From the NCBI GenBank assembly GCA_031414515.1, contig JANNVS010000237.1, forward strand, positions 1-43,894: a stretch of 43,894 nucleotides of DNA, written 5' to 3'. The DNA is from Sphingobacteriales bacterium. Lineage in GTDB: Bacteria > Bacteroidota > Bacteroidia > Chitinophagales > JADIYW01. The notes under the pieces are model-generated. The model was not told the origin of the DNA. It saw only the letters and a list, made by a program, of their open reading frames with translations, and did not search any database. Positions 8,756 through 15,674 of this stretch are shown here, piece by piece. Made by a program: the position numbers and the translations under genes. Position 1 is the first letter of the stretch. Every line of letters begins with the position of its first letter.

Positions 8756-9688
8756 TTAAATTAGTTCAGTTTGGTTTGTCAGAACATTGTAAACAGGCAA
8801 ACCTTTTATCAAAGATAAACTCTCTTTGGCAGATAAATAAAGTAATTTTCCGTCTATTCCTCTGGCTTCTCTGAATTTAGAAACCACATATCCTTGCTCT
8901 AGGCTAAGTGCTTTAAGTTTTTTTGCCTTATCATTTTTTACAAAATAAGCATTGTTGCCAGCACTATTACAGCCTACAAAAGCATATCCTTTTTTTTGTG
9001 AAAGCATATATAATGCTGCCAAAGAGGTGCCTGCATAAAGATTGCTATGATGCGCTTTACTTCTGACAAAATCAGCCTGATAAGGAATTGTTATTGGTCT
9101 GCCAATACCCAAAATGCTATTATACTCAACAATCACAATATCTGGATTTATGTTATTTATGGCTTCCCATATCCAGTAATCATTACCATCTATATCAATA
9201 TGTAATAATCCCATATTTCCAGCAAATCCGGCATCTTTAATGGTCTGGTTGATATTCTCTTTTGTGATAAAGGATGCTATAGCTGTTAAGGTATGTTTCC
9301 AGTAAATAGCATCTTCTTTTATGTATTCGATATTTTCAGGACTGCCATCCATAACCAAACCTTCCCAGTTATTGTTTCTCAAAAGAAAACGTGTGTTTGA
9401 TTCCAGATAATTCTCTACTCCAAATTCGATAAATCTTTCTGATGAAATTTCAATATTATTAATAAGATATTGAATAATACCGTCATCACCCCATTGTGAG
9501 AATACTTTAAATTCTGCATCATGAATATTAGAAAATAATTTTTGATTTTGTAGGAGCAATGTATTTTTAGCAATGAGCATTTTTATATCTTCAGTTACTT
9601 CTCGAAACATTAAGTTTGATGAAAACTTATTTTTTTCTATCCTATTAGAAATGAGTTTGTTCTTTATGTTTCGAAAAAAAGAGGCCAT
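8756..9688 (-). CDS. Hypothetical protein; FkbM-like (Methyltransf_21-like) fold suspected
   Basis: 310 aa and a confident ORF, sitting in the operon with 4-nt and 13-nt gaps. EFKVFSQWGDDGIIQY, FIEFGVENYLESNT and LLHIDIDGNDYWIWEAI resemble the SQ.GED / vDvGA / lKiDvEG layout of FkbM-type methyltransferases. The glycine-rich SAM loop is atypical. Confidence 0.4.
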   Translation of the reverse strand: MASFFRNIKNKLISNRIEKNKFSSNLMFREVTEDIKMLIAKNTLLLQNQKLFSNIHDAEFKVFSQWGDDGIIQYLINNIEISSERFIEFGVENYLESNTRFLLRNNNWEGLVMDGSPENIEYIKEDAIYWKHTLTAIASFITKENINQTIKDAGFAGNMGLLHIDIDGNDYWIWEAINNINPDIVIVEYNSILGIGRPITIPYQADFVRSKAHHSNLYAGTSLAALYMLSQKKGYAFVGCNSAGNNAYFVKNDKAKKLKALSLEQGYVVSKFREARGIDGKLLYLSAKESLSLIKGLPVYNVLTNQTELI

Positions 9689-9701
9689 ATAAAAATATTG
9701 A

Positions 9702-10613
9702 TTAGGATAAATTTAATCTTTTTCTAAATAAATAAAATTTATCTCTAAGAGTTAGGTAATTTGTTTTATCGTTAAATTGTTTTATTACTTTCTGTAGTTC
9801 TTTACTTGAAAGCAGTGTGAAATTTTTCACGTCGAATTTTTCAAAATCTATTTCAAAGGTTTTTGTATTTAGCAGTCTATCTTCAGAGTTATTATAATGC
9901 GTTCCTGTGTTTCCAATGTTGCTGATTAGGTTTACATTTGGTAAAATATTTTTCTTGTTATTCATAATATTATTTACTAATAATTCAACATCCCAATTTA
10001 CTTCTGCTTCGTATGAATGCTTAATAATATTAAAAAGCCAATCAGTATATTTTTTATTTTTATAGGCATAATATAATTGTTGTTTAATTTTTTCTAAATC
10101 ATATTGCTTGCCCCACGTAAAATTTCTGAATACTCTAGCCCAACTAGCCCAACCCCAAGTGTACCCCAAATCACTAATAAAATAGTTATATTTTTCAGAT
10201 ATCTTTTCATCCAGAAGATTACTTCCTGAAATTATATTTATAGTATCATCATGTTGGAATTTCTTAAGTAGCATCTCACAGTATATAAAAAAAGATTTAT
10301 TAGGCACACAATCATCTTCCAATATTATTCCATATTCTACTTCACTAAAAAACCAGTTTAAGGCGTTTTTAATCGAAACTTCTGGGCCAACATTTTCATT
10401 TTTAAAATCTGTTTTCACTTCACAATCCCAATCAATTTTTTTTACTATTTCTCGAGTTATATAACAATTCATGTGATCTGCCTCTACTGTCTTTCTTGGT
10501 CCGTCGGCAACAATATATAATCTTCTAGGTTGTATATGTCGAATTTTATCAAAAACACATTGTGTATTATCTGGTCTGTTAAAAACAATAAACAATATGG
10601 GCGTTTCAAACAT
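9702..10613 (-). CDS. GT-A fold glycosyltransferase, GNT-I (GT13)-like / 'HlpA-like' family, paralog 1
   Basis: 303 aa. ILFIVFNRPDNTQCVFDKI...RLYIVADGPR and the IILEDDCVPNKSFFIYC acidic motif parallel the EDD..(x)PDFF of GnT-I. It aligns along its whole length with the next gene. Confidence 0.6.
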   Translation of the reverse strand: MFETPILFIVFNRPDNTQCVFDKIRHIQPRRLYIVADGPRKTVEADHMNCYITREIVKKIDWDCEVKTDFKNENVGPEVSIKNALNWFFSEVEYGIILEDDCVPNKSFFIYCEMLLKKFQHDDTINIISGSNLLDEKISEKYNYFISDLGYTWGWASWARVFRNFTWGKQYDLEKIKQQLYYAYKNKKYTDWLFNIIKHSYEAEVNWDVELLVNNIMNNKKNILPNVNLISNIGNTGTHYNNSEDRLLNTKTFEIDFEKFDVKNFTLLSSKELQKVIKQFNDKTNYLTLRDKFYLFRKRLNLS

Positions 10614-10812
10614 ATAGGAAATTGACTGTGTAAAAATACAAAAAATATCACCCTTATTTAATCAGAATGTAGATTGGTGGGTAAAGTGGTATATTTCACC
10701 AATATTGGTATCCAGGCTAATTACCTGCAAATCAAGAATAATACTTCTTATAAAATAAATTGAATCTGAAAAGACATCCGTTTCTTTCTGAATACATCTA
10801 CAAAGGGAAGCA

Positions 10813-11739
10813 TTATTTTTTGAAAAACCCTAGTATCCTTTGCTTTAAGAAATACATCCTGTTTCTGAAACCTACCGGATAAATTTTCTGGACAATGGTC
10901 TTCATTATTTTCTTTTTTTGTGATTTAGACAGTGTGATGCCTGTTTCAGAAAAATCTGCTCCAATATAAATTTCCTGTATCACTGTGTTTAACAACAGGC
11001 TTTTTGAATCAGAAAAGTGGGTTCCAGAATTACCAATATTGCTTATAAGATTTACTGTCGGTATAATTCCAACCATGCCTTTCTGCAGGTTATGAATAAA
11101 GAAACTGTAATCCCAATATACAATTGGTTCTTTTTCGGCATTCCTTAAAATCTGTATATGATACTCAACATACAATCTGTTGTGATCATATCGCTGCATC
11201 AGACTTTTCTCAGCAGCTGGGATATCAATCTTTTTATAAAAATCAATATCCTTCCAAACTCTTTTCCACGTGGCAAAACCCCAGGTATACATAAAATCAC
11301 CTTTGAAGAAATTATACTTTTCTGAAATCCTATTGTTTAAGAAGGATGTTCCGCTAATCATAGCAATGTTTTCATCATTCCTGTACTTATCAAGCAATAC
11401 AGTGCAAAATTCAAAAAAAGAGACCGCCGGTTTGCAATCGTCTTCAATAATAATTCCGTATTCCTCAAAGGAAAAAAACCAGTTAACGGCATCAATAATG
11501 GCAAAATCACAGCTGAGGTTTTCTTTCCGGTATAACCTTTTTACTTCACAAGGCCATTCTATCTGCTCCACCACCGCTTTCGTTTCCGCACATAACTGGA
11601 TGTCTTGTTCATTTCCTTTTCTCGGGCCGTCTGCAGCAATATACAATCTCGCCGGTTGCGCCTTTTTTATGGACTCAAACACCTGGCGCGTATAATCAGG
11701 CCGGTTAAAAATCAACAATAATACCGGTGCGTTTGCCAT
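10813..11739 (-). CDS. GT-A fold glycosyltransferase, GNT-I (GT13)-like / 'HlpA-like' family, paralog 2
   Basis: I chose the ATG at 11739 (MANAPVLLLIFNRPDYTRQVF...RLYIAADGPR, IIIEDDCKPAVSFFEFC). The track's TTG start at 11757 lies inside the predicted -7 promoter box. By eye it is roughly 40% identical to the 9702-10613 product. Confidence 0.6.
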   Translation of the reverse strand: MANAPVLLLIFNRPDYTRQVFESIKKAQPARLYIAADGPRKGNEQDIQLCAETKAVVEQIEWPCEVKRLYRKENLSCDFAIIDAVNWFFSFEEYGIIIEDDCKPAVSFFEFCTVLLDKYRNDENIAMISGTSFLNNRISEKYNFFKGDFMYTWGFATWKRVWKDIDFYKKIDIPAAEKSLMQRYDHNRLYVEYHIQILRNAEKEPIVYWDYSFFIHNLQKGMVGIIPTVNLISNIGNSGTHFSDSKSLLLNTVIQEIYIGADFSETGITLSKSQKKKIMKTIVQKIYPVGFRNRMYFLKQRILGFFKK

Positions 11740-11754
11740 CTTATATTTTGTTCC

Positions 11755-11762
11755 CAAAAGTA
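11755..11762 (-). promoter_or_regulatory. Bacteroidota -7 promoter box (TACTTTTG on minus strand) for the 11739->2559 operon
   Basis: The plus strand reads CAAAAGTA, the reverse complement of TAnnTTTG. It lies 15 nt upstream of the ATG at 11739. Confidence 0.45.
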
Positions 11763-11800
11763 ATAATTCCTTATAGACTTTAGTAATGCCTAATAATTAT

Positions 11801-11808
11801 TATATTTG
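11801..11808 (+). promoter_or_regulatory. Bacteroidota -7 promoter box (TATATTTG) for the wzm-led operon
   Basis: Exact TAnnTTTG match, 17 nt upstream of the ATG at 11826. Confidence 0.45.
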
Positions 11809-11825
11809 TTCGTTCAAGAAGCTAC

Positions 11826-12671
11826 ATGCAGCAAGAAGAAGATTGGTCAAATATCATCAGCAGCCGTTCCTCCTTTTCATTCTATTCACTGAAAGATTTG
11901 TGGCATTACCGCGATTTGTTGTGGATGTTTGTAAAACGAGATATTGTAACCAATTACAAGCAGACCGTTTTAGGTCCATTATGGTTTTTTATTCAACCAG
12001 CATTAACCACGGCTATGTTTGTCTTTATACAAAGAGCGGCAAAAATTGAGACAAACGGCATACATCCGGTATTATTCTATCTTATCGGAATCACCGCCTG
12101 GAATTATTTCGCAGAGTGCTTAACCAAAACCTCCACAACTTTTAAAGACAACGCCTTTATTTTTGGGAAAGTTTATTTTCCAAGGTTGATATTACCTCTT
12201 TCCATCGTGGTTTCTGGCTTGTTGAAGTTTTTCATACAAATCTTTTTGTTTATCCTAACATCTGTCATTTTATTAGCTTTAAATAAAACGAAACTGGATA
12301 TACAAAATACATTATTGTTGTTTCCTTTTTTAATATTCCTGATGGCAGGTCTGGGTTTGGGTGGCGGATTAATCATCACTTCCTTAACGACCAAGTACAG
12401 AGATTTAGCATTGTTGGTTCAGTTTGGCATACAGCTGCTGATGTATGGTACTTTAATGATACCAAAGTCGAGCACCTCAGGCATTTTAAACAAATTACTG
12501 GAATACAACCCAATGATTCCAATCATAGACACATTAAGGCAATCCTTGTTTAATACAGAAGCGCCAAATTTTTATTTACTTGGATATAGTTTTATCGTGA
12601 TGGTTATTCTTTTATTAATTGGATTTTATATATTTAGTAAAACAGAGAAAAACTTTACCGATACCGTTTAA
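11826..12671 (+). CDS. wzm: ABC-2 type polysaccharide/O-antigen export permease (Wzm/KpsM/TagG family)
   Basis: 281 aa. The N-terminus LWHYRDLLWMFVKRDIVTNYKQTVLGPLWFFIQP is the canonical Wzm signature. About 6 hydrophobic helices follow, and it is immediately followed by the ATPase gene. Confidence 0.85.
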   Translation: MQQEEDWSNIISSRSSFSFYSLKDLWHYRDLLWMFVKRDIVTNYKQTVLGPLWFFIQPALTTAMFVFIQRAAKIETNGIHPVLFYLIGITAWNYFAECLTKTSTTFKDNAFIFGKVYFPRLILPLSIVVSGLLKFFIQIFLFILTSVILLALNKTKLDIQNTLLLFPFLIFLMAGLGLGGGLIITSLTTKYRDLALLVQFGIQLLMYGTLMIPKSSTSGILNKLLEYNPMIPIIDTLRQSLFNTEAPNFYLLGYSFIVMVILLLIGFYIFSKTEKNFTDTV

Positions 12672-12672
12672 G

Positions 12673-13944
12673 ATGTCAGAAATAATAATAAAAGCAGAAG
12701 GTTTAAGTAAACAATATCGTCTCGGACAAATCGGTACCGGTTCGCTAAGCCATGATTTAAACCGCTGGTGGCATAGTCTCAGAGGTAATGAAGATCCATA
12801 TTTAAAAATTGGAGAAGCAAACGACAGAACACAGAAAGGAAATAGTGACTATGTGTGGGCTTTAAAAGATATTAATTTCGAAATCAATAAAGGAGAAGTT
12901 TGGGGTGTTATTGGCAAAAACGGTGCTGGAAAATCTACTTTATTAAAATTGCTTTCCAGAGTGACCGCGCCGACTACAGGTGAAATAAAATACAAAGGAA
13001 AATTGGCTTCTTTATTAGAAGTAGGCACTGGGTTTCATGGCGAATTAACTGGAAAAGAAAACATCTATCTGAATGGTGCCATTTTAGGTATGAAGAAAAA
13101 AGAGATTACCGCTAAATTTGATGAAATTATAGATTTTGCAGGCGTTGAAAAATATGTAGACACACCTGTAAAAAGATATTCGTCTGGTATGTTTGTAAGG
13201 CTGGCATTTGCGGTTGCTGCTCATTTAGATACAGATATCCTAATTTTAGATGAGGTGTTGGCCGTTGGCGATGCCAGTTTCCAACGGAAATGTTTAGGCA
13301 AGATGAATGATGCAGCAACCAATCAGGGAAAAACCGTTTTATTTGTCAGCCACAATTTATCACAGGTTCAGGGCTTATGTAAAAAAGGCATGCTGCTGGA
13401 AAATGGATTGCTAACTTTTGCAGGCGATATCAATGCCGCAATTTCAAAATATACGGAAACAGGAAATAGTGAAAGAGTGGTAGATGTGACAAAATGCAAC
13501 AGAGTAGGTCCACGAGAACTGGCATTTTCCATTACATCCTTAAAAATCACCAATGTTACATCTGAAAGTAATGAGATTTTTGAAGAAGATACCATAGAAA
13601 TGGAGATTGGATTTGAGGCTAAAAATGATTTTGAAGAGGTCATCATGGCATTTGCTATCAGCGATGGCTTAGACAATCAGCTAATTGTTTGTCGCTCTTC
13701 TTCTACACTTCCATCTTTCTCACTAAAAAGGAATATCCCGCATATAATAAAAACAAAAGTCTCTTTAGCTCTGAATGCAGGTGTGTATCATATAAGTCTT
13801 GGTGCTTCTCATGTTAAAGGTATACTAGAATATGTACCTTCGGTAACGACGATAGAGATTTTACCTACCAACACAGAATGGGAAGAAGCTAAAAAACCTA
13901 CCGTTGGTTTATTGATTACACATTTAGACTGGGTTATTAGTTAA
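12673..13944 (+). CDS. wzt: Polysaccharide/O-antigen ABC exporter ATP-binding protein with extra C-terminal (Wzt_C-like) domain
   Basis: The start is the ATG at 12673 (MSEIIIKAEGLSKQY), 1 nt after the wzm stop. Motifs: Walker A GKNGAGKST, signature YSSGM, Walker B ILILDE, H-loop SHN. Beyond the NBD there is a further ~170-aa beta-rich extension (about 13470-13941). Confidence 0.85.
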   Translation: MSEIIIKAEGLSKQYRLGQIGTGSLSHDLNRWWHSLRGNEDPYLKIGEANDRTQKGNSDYVWALKDINFEINKGEVWGVIGKNGAGKSTLLKLLSRVTAPTTGEIKYKGKLASLLEVGTGFHGELTGKENIYLNGAILGMKKKEITAKFDEIIDFAGVEKYVDTPVKRYSSGMFVRLAFAVAAHLDTDILILDEVLAVGDASFQRKCLGKMNDAATNQGKTVLFVSHNLSQVQGLCKKGMLLENGLLTFAGDINAAISKYTETGNSERVVDVTKCNRVGPRELAFSITSLKITNVTSESNEIFEEDTIEMEIGFEAKNDFEEVIMAFAISDGLDNQLIVCRSSSTLPSFSLKRNIPHIIKTKVSLALNAGVYHISLGASHVKGILEYVPSVTTIEILPTNTEWEEAKKPTVGLLITHLDWVIS

Positions 13945-13985
13945 AGCAAGAAACAAAATTCAGAGAAATAGTCACCTTAAGATAC

Positions 13986-14828
13986 ATGAAAAACATTGCC
14001 ATTACTGTAGATAAAAATTATTGTATACATGCTGCGGTGATGTTGTATTCTTTGTTGTCTAATAATAAGTCTACTGATATTTATGTTCATATCATCTTGA
14101 ATTTTAAAAATCCATTTTTTAAAATTCCTATGAAATATGTTTTGAACAGGAAAAGGTGTCCTCATAAATTTTATTTTATAGACGAAAAGGATATCGCATT
14201 TGCAAAGGATTTAATAATTACCTATCATATATCGATTGCCACTTATTTTCGATTATTTCTTCCTTCTATTTTAAAACACATAGATAAGGTCTTGTTTTTA
14301 GACAGCGATATTATTGTAGATGGAAATATAGATGAATTATATGCTGCCGATATTCAACAGCATAGTCTGGCTGCCGTAATTGACAATGGTGCAGAGGCAA
14401 TTGACAATGATGACAACAGAATTGCTGTCTTAGGACTAAAGTATGGTTATTTTAATGCTGGTGTGATGTTATTAAACCTACATTACCTCAGAGAAAATAA
14501 TTATGAATTAAAATTTGAGGATTTTATTAGGAATCATCCTGATAAAATTAAATTCTGGGATCAGGATGTGTTGAATGTTGTTACACAAGGCACAGTCAAA
14601 TCAATAGATAAGAAATGGAATTTCCTTTCACAGAATTATGACGAAAAGGATTTACCTGTAATCATTCATTTCGCAGGAATACACAAGCCTTGGGATGGAT
14701 ATAGCCAACATATATCAAAGGATAAATATTTTCAATATTTGCAGGATGACAAATTTTTATTTTTTTTAAATACAATGTATAATCTATACTTTAAAGCACA
14801 AAGAAGGATATCGAATATCTTTAAATAA
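13986..14828 (+). CDS. Glycosyltransferase family 8 (retaining GT-A; LPS glucosyl/galactosyltransferase-like)
   Basis: AITVDKNYCIHAAVMLYSLLSN, the DxD motif in FLDSDIIVDGNIDELY, YFNAGVMLLNL, DQDVLN and IIHFAGIHKPW. Confidence 0.85.
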   Translation: MKNIAITVDKNYCIHAAVMLYSLLSNNKSTDIYVHIILNFKNPFFKIPMKYVLNRKRCPHKFYFIDEKDIAFAKDLIITYHISIATYFRLFLPSILKHIDKVLFLDSDIIVDGNIDELYAADIQQHSLAAVIDNGAEAIDNDDNRIAVLGLKYGYFNAGVMLLNLHYLRENNYELKFEDFIRNHPDKIKFWDQDVLNVVTQGTVKSIDKKWNFLSQNYDEKDLPVIIHFAGIHKPWDGYSQHISKDKYFQYLQDDKFLFFLNTMYNLYFKAQRRISNIFK

Positions 14829-14847
14829 ATACGACTCAATAACAATT

Positions 14848-15618
14848 ATGTTAAGTAAGATAAAATCAAAAATTGCTAGCGTACGTGAAATTAATTCTAT
14901 TCCAATTGACATTAATTTTAATCCTTCTATTTCTAATAGCTATTACCTCATTCGCAGAAGTATCCTGAAAGGTATTTTTGAGAATAAAAATTTCATGACT
15001 GGCAAGTTGCTTGATTTTGGATGTGGCAGCAAACCTTATAAGCCTGTTTTTTTAAAGGTTACGGATTATATAGGTCTTGATTTTTATAACGAAGGTCATT
15101 CGCATCAAAATGAAGAAATTGATTTTTTTTACGATGGAAAAAAAATTCCTTTTGACAAGGATACCTTTGACAGTATATTAAGTACAGAAGTCTTTGAGCA
15201 CATCTTTAATTTAGAAGAATTATTAGCTGAACTAAACAGAGTACTAAAGTTAAATGGGTTTATCTTAATTACTTGTCCGTTTGTGTATCCAGAGCACGAA
15301 ACACCATTTGATTATGCACGGTACACACAATTTGCATTAAAATATCTTTTAGAAAAAAACGGTTTTGAAATTACAGTAATGGATAAAAAGGGAAATCTCA
15401 TTGAAACTATTTGCCAACAATTAATTATTTATTCTGGAAATTTTTTAAGGTTTTTTGGACCCTTACAACGCTCAACAATTTTTACTCATTTTTATACTTC
15501 TATAGTCGCATTCTATTTAAATATGTTTGCAAAAACAGTTGGGAAAATAATACCGAGTTCCTATCATCTTTATAGTACAAACGTTGTTGTTGCCAAAAAA
15601 ATTAAATCCATTATATAA
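14848..15618 (+). CDS. Class I SAM-dependent methyltransferase
   Basis: Motif I is LLDFGCGSKPY. Post-I/II motifs are YIGLDF and FDSILSTEVFEHIFNLEELLAELNRVLKLNGFILIT. Confidence 0.75.
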   Translation: MLSKIKSKIASVREINSIPIDINFNPSISNSYYLIRRSILKGIFENKNFMTGKLLDFGCGSKPYKPVFLKVTDYIGLDFYNEGHSHQNEEIDFFYDGKKIPFDKDTFDSILSTEVFEHIFNLEELLAELNRVLKLNGFILITCPFVYPEHETPFDYARYTQFALKYLLEKNGFEITVMDKKGNLIETICQQLIIYSGNFLRFFGPLQRSTIFTHFYTSIVAFYLNMFAKTVGKIIPSSYHLYSTNVVVAKKIKSII

Positions 15619-15674
15619 TTATTGTTTGATTAAAAACAAGAAGGAATAGTCACTTTATAAAACATAAAATATAA

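Noticed and set aside
11270-11695. 141-aa plus-strand ORF
   Set aside because: It is antisense to the GNT-I-like glycosyltransferase paralog and has a low-complexity, motif-free translation.
11786-12049. 87-aa plus-strand ORF overlapping the wzm start
   Set aside because: It is in a different frame from wzm, which has the canonical permease signature, and it would begin upstream of the predicted -7 box.
12619-12672. Upstream extension of wzt, and similar extensions at 38549-38638 (GT2) and 42676-42705 (asd, TTG)
   Set aside because: Each extension overlaps the preceding gene or a predicted promoter box. The conserved N-termini begin at the internal ATGs.
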